64,000 bases of DNA from Octopus vulgaris (taxonomy: Eukaryota), in NCBI GenBank assembly GCA_951406725.2, contig OX597818.1, positions 65,162,001-65,226,000 of the forward strand, read 5' to 3'. Numbering within the stretch: the stretch's first letter is position 1; every line of letters begins with the position of its first letter. Positions 1 through 11,761 of this stretch are shown here, in pieces. The notes below the pieces were generated by a model, which worked only from the letters and a program-made list of their open reading frames with translations, had not been told where the DNA came from and made no database searches. The translations under genes and the position numbers were made by a program.

Positions 1-1214
1 GTTTGATTATCGCTTAGTTTTAAAATTATATAAGCACTTATTAGCACCCATGCGCGTATTTTTTGTGCACCTGTAGAATCTCGTAGGTGTGAGAGCACGT
101 GTGAGCACTTGTATATTCTCGTGTTAAGAAGTAAGATTCAGCGTTAAAATCTGAGGAAACACGGAATGAGGCAGAAAAAATGTCAATAGAAAAAAAATGA
201 AAAATATAAGATAACATAATGTAAAATATATAAAGGTGATCAAAAAGTTGTTAGTTATGAAAACTTAGGTCTGCAAGTGGTGGTGGTGGTGGGGGGGGGC
301 GACAGGGGAATATTTGAGCAATGACACGGGGGTGGAACGCAGTTATTTGTCCTTAGAGAAAGTGTGGTGTAATTTGTGTCTGCAACCAAAAATTTAATTA
401 ACTTCGTTCGTTCAAACAACTTGTGGATTGCATAATCGAATTTGGCGATGCATGGATCGCATTTGTCGTTAGAGCCGTTATACGGTTTAGCATGAGTGAC
501 TATGGAGCATGTTGAATTATATGGAGTTGAATTTTGTTTAATGTTGTGAGTTAGCTGAAATAAAGAAGAAAAAAAAGAAAACAGTGCTATTTGATTTCTA
601 GCCTTGGTGTTTTGAAGCTAGAACAGTAATTGCTCACTCTTACTTTGAAGGCAGTGCAGCATGGGCCGATGTATTTAGAAATGGAATTCTCAGTTGAAAC
701 CGTGCATTTGAATAGAATATTTTTGTTGTTTTTTTTTTTTGTAAGACATCGATTATCTAAGCGACGGGTGGTATGTATTTTATATATTCATCTTCTAGGT
801 ATGTATGTATGTATGTATGTATGTATGTATGTATGTATGTATATATAAACCTTTTGGCCACCTTTTGGCCACCGTATCTAAAGCTGTTAATAGAGCAGTT
901 AGATTTTTATGTATTTTTCAGGAATTTTCCCGAAACAAGTATAAAATTGTATTTTATACATATAAAGCATAAAATAACATCGAGGCACTGAAAATCAATA
1001 TTTTTATTTGTAAACAAATTTTAATCCGACTTTGTGGAAGACTGATGAAAATATTTTCAAAAACTTAATCATGGCGGTGATGTATATTTCTGAGAAATCA
1101 AACGCGTAATTCAGGAAATAAATCCAATTTCATTGCCCTCTACCTTATATTGTCAAAGACGAATATTTGAATAATTATATTTTGTAAATTAAATAATCAT
1201 TGAAATATTAGTTC

Positions 1215-1412
1215 CTAGTTTTGGCACACGACCAGCAAATTTTGAGAAGCGGGTAAGTCGATTATATCGATCTCAGTGTTGAACTGGTGTATAATTTCAT
1301 CGATCCCGAAGGATAATTGGCAAAGTTGACCCCGGTGCAATTTCTATTCAAGACTGGAAGTGTGACGAAATGTCCCGAAGAATTTTGCCCGGTGTACTAA
1401 CGATTCTGACAG
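1215..1412 (-). mobile_element. Degenerate copy of tRNA-derived SINE family A
   Basis: Eroded reverse-complement match to family A motifs (aagtcgattatatcga...ggcaaagttgacc...ctaacgattctgacagc) seen intact at 15588-15820 and 29017-29437. Confidence 0.7.
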
Positions 1413-1413
1413 C

Positions 1414-1416
<3 letters not shown>

Positions 1417-1474
<58 letters not shown>
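1417..1474. repeat. (AAT)n microsatellite at the 5' junction of an R4-type fragment
   Basis: Direct reading. Confidence 0.95.
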
Positions 1475-2163
1475 CATGGGTATCTCAACAGACATGATAG
1501 AGTTGCACAATATATTCACTGGGTAATTTGCAAAAGCCTGGATTTGCCCCATGATAAAAACTGGTGGGAACACAAACCACCTCCAGTGCTTGAAAATGAC
1601 CACATCGCACTCCTCTGGATCTTCCCCATTCAAACTGACAGAAAGATAGACGCGAATAGGCCAAACATCATAGTAAAAGTCTTCAGACAAAAACGTGCCT
1701 CCTCATTGATATGACTGTCCCAATCGATATAAACGTATCTGTCAAGACCTACCAGAAACTGAGCAAATATAAAGTTCTTGAAATAGAAATCAGAAAAATG
1801 TGGAACCTGAAGACTAAAACAATACCCGTTGTCATAGGTGCCCTGGGAATGATAGCAAAAGGGGCTGATTGCTACCTAACTCAGATACCAGGAAACCCCA
1901 AAATGGCAGAAATTCAAAAGATAGTGGTCATGGGAACTGCTCATATCCTACGCAAAATACATTCTATGTAATCTCAGGGTTTAAAACAAATATAATTTTC
2001 GTATGTTTTTTTAGGCATTCACTAGTACAACACTAAGTACAAAACCAAATATATGGCACCCTAGGCATAACGCCAACATGAACTTCCAACTTGTTGTCTC
2101 TTGAGGTCTCTGGGTGAGACTTGGAGCCAGCTTGTGCAAATGTAAAGCAAAAGTCAAACATAG
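1475..2163 (+). mobile_element. 5'-truncated non-LTR retrotransposon, R4/Dong-like clade: restriction-like endonuclease C-terminus plus 3' UTR (pseudogenised)
   Basis: ORFs 1370-1714 and 1711-1971 together read YLNRHDRVAQYIHW..WWEHKP..LW.FPIQTDRKIDANRP(N)II..IDMTVP..QKLSKY..LEIEI..MW..PVVIGALG..GTAHILRK*, the RH..RPD..D..K..KY layout of RLE domains. Frameshift near 1690-1711; flanked by AAT tracts. Confidence 0.85.
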
Positions 2164-2380
2164 AATAATGATAACAATAATAATAATAGCATCATCAAAA
2201 AATACCTTAGGAATGAGAAGCCAAGGTTGGGTTCAAAATCCTACAGGACACTTGATGAAGACTGGAGAGTAAACCAGCGAAAGGTTGTGGTAACAACAAA
2301 CAAGATCAGGACACATATCCGTCTAATGTAAATAATGTAAATAATGTACAGGATTCCACATCTCAAAAATATGGAATAGT
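2164..2380 (+). mobile_element. Headless copy of hammerhead-bearing SINE family E (eroded HHR at about 2247-2292)
   Basis: aaaaataccttaggaatgagaa...gacacttgatgaagactggagagtaaaccagcgaaaggttgtgg..caaacaagat..ggaca..tatccgtc matches 9215-9385. Confidence 0.75.
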
Positions 2381-2429
2381 ATTATCATACTCCTGTATAA
2401 TAAGAAAAATAGAAATGTATTGAGTAGCG

Positions 2430-3235
2430 GAAAATATGAGAAGCCTTATATGGAATAGCATGAAAATCTGGACAATGGAATTCACAGCAGGTAATTAAAT
2501 ACTAGGAGTGGGGAAAATCAAAAGAGGAATCTTCCAGGGGGACAGTGTGTCCCCACTGATCTTCCTGTTGAGAATGATCCTCTTGAGTGAAATAGTAAAG
2601 AAATTTCAGTAGAGATATGATCTGGGAAGAGTTAAGGGAAAACTAAAACACTTGCTACTCATGGACGACCTGAAGCTATTCGCAGAAATCGAGGCAGAAT
2701 TGGACAGCCTAGTCCATTCTGTGCAGAATTTTTCCAATGATATTAAGATGATGTTTGAACTCTCAAAATGTGTTACGATGGTGATGAGACGAGGAAAGCT
2801 TGTCAGGATAGATGGTGAAAGTGTCAGGACCAAGTGGTGAAATAATGAAAGTTTCAATCCAGTTAGAAATTCCTTGGAATACTTGAGGCAGCTGGAATCA
2901 AACCCAACGACATGAAGGGAAATATAAAAAGACAGGAACTGCGTCGAGTGACAAAAATATTGGCTTCAAAGCTGAATGCCAGAAACATAATTTCGGCAAT
3001 AAACTCGCGCGCAGTTGCAGTAGTTTGGTATGGCGCTGGAATCCTGAAGTGGGCAGAGGAGGAGTTAAATGAGACGGACGAGAAGTCAAGAAAATTCCGA
3101 ACGATGCATGAAGTCCATCATCCACGTGCAGACACTGATCCCCTATACATGAAGAGAACAAATGGAGGAAGAGGAGTAGAAATTGTGGAAGACTGCGTGC
3201 ATATCGAACTCGAGGGCTAAATGAGATCCCTAGCC
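2430..3235 (+). pseudogene. Reverse transcriptase fragment of an R4-clade non-LTR retrotransposon (frameshifted)
   Basis: IKRGIFQGDSVSPLIF, HLLLMDDLKLFA, FELSKC, SKLNARNIISAINSRAV..YGAGILKW, HHPRADTDPLY..R..GGRG motifs across broken frames. Confidence 0.88.
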
Positions 3236-3239
3236 TAAA

Positions 3240-4222
3240 GTAAGGAAACCTTAACCATAAAATATCACTTTACATATTCTTCAAGGAATTTCATATACGC
3301 TATCAAACGTCAAGGATGTAAAGAAGATTAGATAGGTCAAACATAGTGTACTCAAACATGGTTTACAGAAATAGACTAATCATTCACCGACAACAAATAT
3401 CAGGATCCAGTACTAGACATATTCCACTGAGTGGCCACATAGACATATGTGAAAAAAGTAAGTTTCCAAAGTTTCATGTCTTCCCACTCTACCTATATTC
3501 AGCGAATACCACGGATGAAGCAGGGATAAGCAACGAAAATACTTTCATAAAAAAGTACAACACCAAGACTTAACAAACTTTAATAGAATACATAAACAAA
3601 TACCTGTTCATACACAAAATTCTTTTTGCCACTTATCATGAAGAAGCTACACAGCTAACAATCTAAATGGGACTACATACAAACGACTCTTGACCACTCT
3701 CCCACATGACAGATCGATTTTGGAGTGCCTTGATTATAATTAAATGTTCACTCAACCATGTCGCACGAACGTAGTAGGAAGCGTACAAAAGTTTAAAAAT
3801 CTAATCATGTATTCATTTTCTACAAATACGTGACAGAAATCATTCTGAGCATTGATTGTTTTAAGATAATCAGTCAACTGTGTCGGATTTAATTTACGAC
3901 GCCAAACATTGTTACTTGATACAAACAGACGGATGTATCTGGGAACCTGCAAAAATTTCTAAGACCAGTCATGTGACTATCCTCAACCAATCAAATCCTA
4001 TTCAAAACAAATGCTAAATTCAACCATGAACTCCTTATAAAAACTGGGGAATGTTTAAGGATTAGTCAGAAGTAAGACAACTGCAACATAAACCACGTCT
4101 TTCTATTTGAACCTTTTAAAAATCGGTTTAAACTGTGAAACCGGTCAAAGCTTCAAGTATATGAATAAAGAATATTTCAACAATTCTCAGTGCATTTTCA
4201 ACTTCTATTTTTCCCATATATA
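3240..4222 (+). mobile_element. Penelope-like element 3' remnant: GIY-YIG endonuclease pseudogene (about 3240-3575) plus pseudo-LTR with eroded hammerhead (4107-4156)
   Basis: Translation HFTYSSRNFIYAIKRQGCKED*IGQT...HRQQI...PLSGHIDIC...FHVFP...ENTFIKKY fits the PLE GIY-YIG pattern (IY..C..C..YIGQT..R..H..E..FI). Downstream GAAACCGGTC is flanked by ttgaaccttt/aaagcttcaa; the element ends in a TA/CA tract. Confidence 0.8.
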
Positions 4223-4468
4223 TACATGATACATATATACCATATACACATACATATATATATACACACACAAAAAAAAATATTATATACACACACACAC
4301 ACACATAATATTATATAAAATCATATTAAATGATATGATATTCAACTAGATCTGTGTGTGATAAGTTTGAATGTAAGAATGCGTGTTCTTGTGTAAAGAT
4401 ATATACATATATATCTCTCAGTTTCATTACATAAATACATATTGATATCATAGGTAAATATATCTACA

Positions 4469-4575
<107 letters not shown>

Positions 4576-5952
4576 TCTAACTGATGTTTTAAATATGTCA
4601 CGTTCAGTACATCCTGATGAATTTAAAGTAGTTTTCTCTTCTTCCTTCACTCGTGAGAGGAAATATTTATGCGATAAAATATTTTGTAGTTTGTCTCTAT
4701 CATGGTTCGTGTGCTCTCCAGCCTGTTGTGTTTATCATATAATCTAATTCGTTACATCAAATTGTGGTCGTTGGCTCTTTAGCTTTTAAGCCTATTAAGA
4801 AAACAGTATAATCTTCTTTTCACAAAATGGCATATTGAAATTTATTGGTTTGGTCTGAAAAGTTAGACTCTGCAATAACATCTTTCTCTTTGTATCTCAA
4901 ACCACACTGGCACTTTGCAATGATATTATTCAGAAAAAAAAAGACAACTTGTCATCGAAGTTTTATTAATTAGATTCTTGCATGGCAGAGCGTACGGACA
5001 AATGGAATTTAAATATAGGAATTTCTGTATATAAAACGATTTTGAAACATTACACACTTTTTTCTAGCTCTATAAATATTGTTCTCTACAGATATTGATT
5101 TTTAGCATTTATGCAATAGAGTTTATTTTATTTTTCTGGTACCTAAACGACGCTTGGTGATCGACAAATACTTACAACATCGAAGCTGCTAAATGACATT
5201 TCGACCATCTTGTAATACTTTCAAAATATGTATAATATACTAGGAAACTGAATGTGAGCAAGAGGTATCGGATCAGGTTCGGGAAAATACCCTCCTGGTC
5301 AGGTAAAATATATCTCTAAGATATGTTCTACTAATGAAATGTTTTAACGTCGTGTAACCATTTCTCTCCCGTCTTGAGGATTACCATTGGTGGAATTTTA
5401 ACTCAAAAACGAAAGGTTTGCGGTTATGTTTCGCAGAGCATTACTTTTCCATTTTTTCATTTCGTAAGGATTCTACAAAATCACAAACTTTCGTAAAGCA
5501 CTCATATTGTCATATATTCAATTACATTTAATTATGCACATAGAACTTTGCTTGAAACAGTGAAATACATTTTATAATTGAAAAGAAGAATTCAAAATTT
5601 CATATCAATATTAATGAAGATGTATGGTCTTACCTTTTCACTATTCTTTATAAAGTAGCTAATAGCGAGATAAACAAGTTTTAATCAGAAACAGCATGAA
5701 CGGAATAGAATATATTATATTCATTTTAATTCATATGATTTGTGTATTATTTCCTACAAACTCGCCGAGGGAGTGAGTGAATAACATTATTATACAGTTT
5801 TACTAACTTAGTAAATCAAGCCTTACATTTCTTTTATTCATATCAATGGAATTGGAATAAGCATTAAAGCCTCATATATGCCGTGAATAAAATTCAAAAC
5901 CGTCAAATAAAATTCTGGTATATTCATCTTATAGAATGTTGTGATATATATA

Positions 5953-6004
<52 letters not shown>

Positions 6005-6014
6005 TATTTATATG

Positions 6015-6067
<53 letters not shown>

Positions 6068-6475
6068 TATTACATTTTGATAATAAATGATTTAATTTGC
6101 ATTTGTTTCCATTGTATTTAATTTATTTAGTTTGTGTAGTCATTTTGATTTCTCTATCAAGGATTGCATGTATGCCTCTTGTTCCAAATAGAATTTTAGC
6201 ATAAAATATGTGTGGCTTTTAAGAATCTCATTAGCTTGGTGAACGGTTTGGCAGAATTGTCAAAAGTTGATGTTCAGTCACTTTCTCTCGTATGAACTGC
6301 TATACTAACTCAAGCATATAGACATACCAGTTAAATTTTCTGATCATTGTACACACAGACACACATACAAACTGATAAAGTGTGATAAATATGCTACAAT
6401 CACATTGCGACTTAGAAATAATACATTTCTAAATCTCTCAGAGAGATTTATGCAGTAGCATTACGATGAATTGAT

Positions 6476-6850
6476 AGATCCCCGCTACTAGACATATACC
6501 ACTGAGTGGTCAGATAGACGTATGTACAATAAATATGTTTCCAAAATTTTAGGTTTTCCCACTCTACCTATATTCAGTGAATACCACGGATGAAGCAGGG
6601 ATAAGTAAAGAAAATACTTCCATAAAAAAAGTAATACACCAAGATTTAACAAACTTTAACATAATACATACACAAATAATTATTCACTCACAAAATTCAT
6701 TCTGCCACTTATCATGATGAAGCTACACAGTAAACAATTCAGTTTAAATTTCAACCATTGGGCTACATACAAATGAATCCTTTTCACTCTCCCACCAGAC
6801 AGATTAAATTTGGAGCGCCTTGATTATAACTAAACATCTTCACTCAAACG
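6476..6850 (+). mobile_element. Second, shorter copy of the same PLE GIY-YIG C-terminus/3' region
   Basis: Collinear similarity to about 3405-3755 (actagacata..ccactgagtgg..cccactctacctatattcag.gaataccacggatgaagcagggataag..gccacttatcatga.gaagctacacag..gccttgattataa). Confidence 0.85.
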
Positions 6851-7337
6851 TGTCAGCCTTCTTTTTATACGCAAAATATACTGTTAAGTGAGACTAACAC
6901 GCGGACGTAGTACGGTGTTTCCTAGGGCTAAATAAAAGTAGCATTCTTCACTTTCATGGGACTGTCACATGAAGTTGATAACATACTATCACTCATTGCG
7001 ACTTGTCAAAAAAAAAAAAGCTTATCCCGGGCCAATAATTGTGGATTTTACAGAGTAGCACATTCTATGGTTTGGCTATTTGATTTAGAGGCCGAGTAGC
7101 CGTGAGCACTCATAAATATCATTTTGTCTCCTTTACTCTTTAACAAAGAGAGATCAACATTCTGTCTCTATCTTGCCTCAAAATTTGAATTCTTGCCCCA
7201 GCTCTAAGTTTCCCAATGAGTTTAATTTCTCCCACAGTTCACAAGATACGCATTCCACCTTCCCAATACTTATTTCTCCCTTCTCTATCCGCTGACTAAT
7301 TGGATCGCAGAATTTTTTCTACTGTATTACTATGTAC

Positions 7338-7755
7338 TTATTTATTTATTACCCACAAGGGGCTAAACACAGAGAGAACAAACAAGGATAGACAAACGGA
7401 TTAAGTCGATTATATCGACCCCAGTGCGAAACTGGTACTTATTTAATCGACCCCGAAAGGACGAAAGGCAAAGTCGACCTCGGCGGAATTTGAACTCCGA
7501 ACGTAGCGGCAAATGAAATACTTATTTCTTTACTACCGACAAGGGGCTAAATATAGAATGGACAAACAAGGACAGACAAACGGATTAAGTCGATTACATC
7601 GACATCAGTGCGTAACTGGTACTTATTTAATCGACCTCGAAAGGATGAAAGGCAACGTCGACCTCGGCGGAATTTGAACTGAGAACGTAGAGACAAACGA
7701 AATACTGCTAAGCATCTCACCCAGCGTGCTAACGATTCTGCCAGCTCGACACCTT
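7338..7755 (-). mobile_element. tRNA-derived SINE family A, dimeric
   Basis: A-box-like tggcagaatcgttagc and B-box-like gttcaaattcc on the minus strand; two tandem bodies; probable TSD ctgtatt(ac/gt)tatgtac at 7322-7337 and 7756-7771. Confidence 0.9.
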
Positions 7756-8580
7756 CTGTATTGTTATGTACCTTGACGAAACAACTCTATAATGTCTCGC
7801 TTTAAGAATGAAACTAAGGCTTCGCGGCAATTATGCTTGTATTCCATGCTTTATTATTTCTTGCATTGTCATCCATCACAGAACTTTATCAGTTTCCTTA
7901 AATGCTATTGTTTTATTGATGAAAGTAGTTTGTACACGGAATGCAAACGTTCTTTCTAGTGACATTTATACGACAAGTAATCACGACATGACATATGGAT
8001 GTCATAAATAGAAATGCCGATAATTAATTTGAAATTATTTGACAGTAAACAATTTAAATATTATATAAATTTTGATAAATATTTATTTAAAAAAAGAAAA
8101 TTAATTAAAATGACGAAATTGTAACGTATTTTAAAATTCATTACTTAAATCTTTTCATAATAAATCAGTAAAATAAAACAGGCTGTAAAATGTTATGATC
8201 ACAATGTTATTGAATACTGTATGATAGTTACATTGATAAAACTACGTTCAATATTGTTTTTAATTAAAACACTTTGTATAGTCATCATTCAAACTGTTTC
8301 CAAATAAGAAATTAAACTAAATATTATTAAAATTTGTTGATAAATTTGTGCTGGCAAAATCTGTTTGCAAAATGTTGAATGTTGTTTAATTTTTCGAATA
8401 CTGAGATTGATATCGATTTTCTTGTTCGCAGTGTATGTTCAGAGGAAATTATTTGACCTGATCAAACATTTTTTTCTTTCCATTATCACTACAAATAACC
8501 AGTGGGACAATCAAAACGATTGGTGAGTATTCCGTTTATTATAATAACATTAACAAGAGTTAATATTATTTTTCCTTTTA

Positions 8581-8800
8581 AGGCTGCGAGCTGGCAGAAT
8601 CGTTAGCACGCCGGACAAAATGCTTAACAGCATCTCGTCCGTGTTTACGTTATAAATTTAATTGCTGTCGATGTCGACATTGTATTTCATCGTCTCAGAG
8701 CCGATGAAATAAATGCCAGTTGAATCCTGGCGTGGATGTAATGAAGACAGCACTTCCCCCAAATTGCTGGCCTTGTGCCATAAATTGAAACGAATATTAT
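8581..8800 (+). mobile_element. Old SINE family A-related copy
   Basis: Starts aggctgcgagctggcagaatcgttagcacgccgg; body diverged. Confidence 0.8.
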
Positions 8801-9084
8801 TTTCGCAGTTTTTCATTGGCAGTTTTTGATTAGAAGATTGAACAAATTTTCTGACGATACACTTTCACGTACATTAGAATTTAATTTATATTTTTCTAGA
8901 TAAAGTGTGGCATCCTACTTCTCACCGGACTATATAGCGCTCAGGTAAAAATAAATAAATTAAATTAAAAAAGCACGTGCTTACGGCCAAGCATTTTGCC
9001 AGGTAGATATTTTCTGTCTCAGATATTTCGATTTTAGAGTAGTTTCAACAAAAAATGTGTACGTTATTTTAGCCATATGCCCAC

Positions 9085-9155
9085 GGGCGTATGGCGTACT
9101 GATTAAGAGCGAGGGCTACTCACCCAAAGATTCCAAGTTCGATTCCAGGTAGTTA

Positions 9156-9205
<50 letters not shown>

Positions 9206-9385
9206 GTAACAACAACATCGAAAAATACCTTAGGTTCGAAACTTCCCCCAAGACACCTGAAGAAGGCTGGAGGGTATATCAGCCGAAACGTTGTGTTAAC
9301 AACAAACAAGATGAGGACAAATATCTGTCAAATATAAATAATGTAAATAATGTACATAATTCCTCATCTCTTAAATATAGAACTG
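9085..9385 (+). mobile_element. SINE family E: tRNA-like head + (AAT)n + hammerhead-containing tail
   Basis: Head gggcgtatggcgtactgattaagagc..gttcgattcc (A/B boxes), AAT tract about 9160-9203, tail shared with 2164-2380, 32765-33115 and 33116-33208. Confidence 0.85.
9252..9297 (+). ncRNA. Minimal type I hammerhead ribozyme motif (PLE-type)
   Basis: GACAC-CTGAAGA-A-GGCTG(10-nt loop)CAGCC-GAAAC-GTT-GTGTT: stem I GACAC/GTGTT, 5-bp stem II, palindromic AACGTT stem III, GUU cleavage triplet. Confidence 0.7.
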
Positions 9386-9899
9386 AAAAAAATGTGTGTC
9401 GGAAATATTTCCCCCAACTTCTCGATTCGTATATTTTATTCATTGTGTCATGAACATGGTGAAAGGGTGTGTGTGTGTGTGTGAATAAACTGTTCATTTT
9501 ATCATTTCCCTGATTAAATTGCTCAAAATTATGTTATTTTTAGTCAAAAAGCTATTAATTGCTTCTTCTAAAATAAATGTTTTGCTGAAGATTACATTTT
9601 CTCCAACTACTGCTTGTAAAAATATGTTTGTTTACGTTGGAATTATTTATGAGGCGTATTTATAACATTCCCTTATTTATAAGAGATAGAAATAACAACC
9701 GCAAAATTTTGTCCGGTAACTGTAGAATTCTCCACCACCCACCACCAGACCAAAAGAAAAAAAGAGATAATGCAGACAACTAAAGTACGCGCTACTTCAG
9801 CGAAGTGTCACGTCGTTTCCCTTGGTAATCTGCAGTAAGGAGGAGTGACATAGAACAACTTTCCAAATAGAAATAACAAAGAGAACAACAAAAATATTT

Positions 9900-10475
9900 C
9901 AAATTATTGCCACATATGCAACTTGGGGGGAATGGATTAAGTCGAATACATCAACCCCCGAGCATAACTGGTACTTATTTAATCGACCTAAAAATGATGA
10001 AAGGCAAAGTCGACCTCGGCGTAATTTGAACTCAGAAAGTAACGGCTGACGAAATACCCATTTCTTTATTGCCTACAAGAGGCTAAACAGAGGGGGGACA
10101 AACAAGGACAGACAAACGGATTAAGCCGATTACATCGACCACAGAGCGTAACTAGTACTTAATTCACCGATCCCGAAAAGATTAAAGGCAAAGTCGACCT
10201 CGGCGGAATTTGAACTCAAAACGTAACGGCAGACGAAATACCTATTTCTTTATTACCCACAAGAGGCTAAACATAGAGAGGACAAACAAGGACAGACAAA
10301 CGGATTAAGTCGATTACATCAACCCCAGTGCGTAACTGGTACTTAATTTATCGACCCCGAAAGGACGAAAGGCAAAGTCGACCTCGGCGTAATTTGAACT
10401 CAGAAAGTAACGGCAGACGAAATACCGCTAAGCATTACGCCCGGCGTGCTAACGTTTCTGCCAGCTCGCCGTCTT
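9900..10475 (-). mobile_element. SINE family A, trimeric (184-bp internal period)
   Basis: gtcgacc recurs at 10009, 10193 and 10377; single tRNA-like head at the right end. Confidence 0.9.
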
Positions 10476-10629
10476 AAATACAACAAAAATAACAACAAAG
10501 AATACTGATGATTCTTTCTCATTTTTGACCGAGCACCTAGCCTCGGGCCGACCAAAGACTTGTGAGTAGATTTGGTAGATGGAAACAAAGAAGCTCACTG
10601 TATGCATATATATATGTGTGTGTGTAATT

Positions 10630-11140
10630 TATAGTGTGGACTTCAGAGAGAACAAAATTGTTACGACCACAAACCCGAAGGCATCATCGAAAATGATAAT
10701 TCAAAGATTCTGTGAGGTTTAATGATTCAGTGCGACCATGCGATAGAGAATAGGAAGCAGACACAGTCTTAATTGAGAAAGAAAGCAAACTATGCTGGTT
10801 CATAGATATAGCATGCCCAGCTGACAAGGTATACAATAAGGAAGAAAGAAAAGTTGATAGATATGACAGGTTAGCTTGAGAAGTTAAGCAGTTGTAGTTG
10901 ATGAAAAATGTAGTTGTGGTACCAAGAATTGTCGGAACCCCGTGAACAGTGAGTAAAAATCTTGAGAAGTACATGGAACAAATAGGGGTGCAGTAACGGT
11001 GGAGAAGATAGCAGCACTACTTGGAACCGCTCGAATACTCCGGAAAGTGCTCGAAAAATAAGGGGTGTTACCCTGGTTAAACGGTAGTGAGCAGCTGACG
11101 CCGTAGTACATCTCCAGCGTTAGAAGCTGTGCAAAGGCAA
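10630..11140 (+). mobile_element. Second R4/Dong-like RLE C-terminal fragment with 3' UTR
   Basis: Broken frames read YDHKPEGIIENDNSKIL..IQCDH.IENRK..IDIACPAD..KVDRYD.L..EVK..ALLGTARILRKVLEK* (stop near 11060); followed by taa(tga)n. Confidence 0.8.
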
Positions 11141-11142
11141 TA

Positions 11143-11233
<91 letters not shown>
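11143..11233. repeat. (TGA)n microsatellite
   Basis: Direct reading. Confidence 0.95.
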
Positions 11234-11234
<1 letters not shown>

Positions 11235-11342
11235 AGCAACAGCAACAACAAGAACAATACATTATTTCATGGCGAGTTAATTAAAACTGAATGGATTTTA
11301 ATGGTGCCTAATCTACAATATATATTGTTTCTAAATTATATA

Positions 11343-11730
11343 TAGTGGCTGTTTGGTAAGTAGCTTGCTAACCAACCACATGGTTCCGGGTTCAGTCCCA
11401 CTGCGTGGCATCTTGGGCAAGTGTCTTCTGCTATAGCCCCGGGCCGACCAATGCCTTTTGAGTGGATTTGGTAGACGGAAACTGAAAGAAGCCTGTCGTA
11501 TATATGTATATATATATAAGTGTGTGTGAATATGTTTGTGTGTCTGTGTTTGTTCCCCTAGCATTGCTTGACAACCGATGCTGGTGTGTTTACGTCCCCG
11601 TCACTTAGCGGTTCGGCAAAAGAGACCGATAGAATAAGTACTGGGCTTACAAAGAATAAGTCCCGGAGTCGATTTGCTCGACTAAAGGCGGTGCTCCAGC
11701 ATGGCCGCAGTCAAATGACTGAAACAAGTA
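11343..11730 (+). mobile_element. tRNA-derived SINE family B
   Basis: gtggctgtttggtaagtagc..gggttcagtccc head, cttgggcaagtgtctt core-like segment, internal (TA/TG) tract, tail ctccagcatggccgcagtcaaatgactgaaacaagta; many copies in the window. Confidence 0.9.
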
Positions 11731-11761
11731 CAAAGTGTAATAGTATACAAAAATTATTATT

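Noticed and set aside
4590-4640. Isolated CTGATG(A) motifs as hammerheads (also near 1042 and 37528)
   Set aside because: No flanking stems I/II or correctly placed GAAAC..UH
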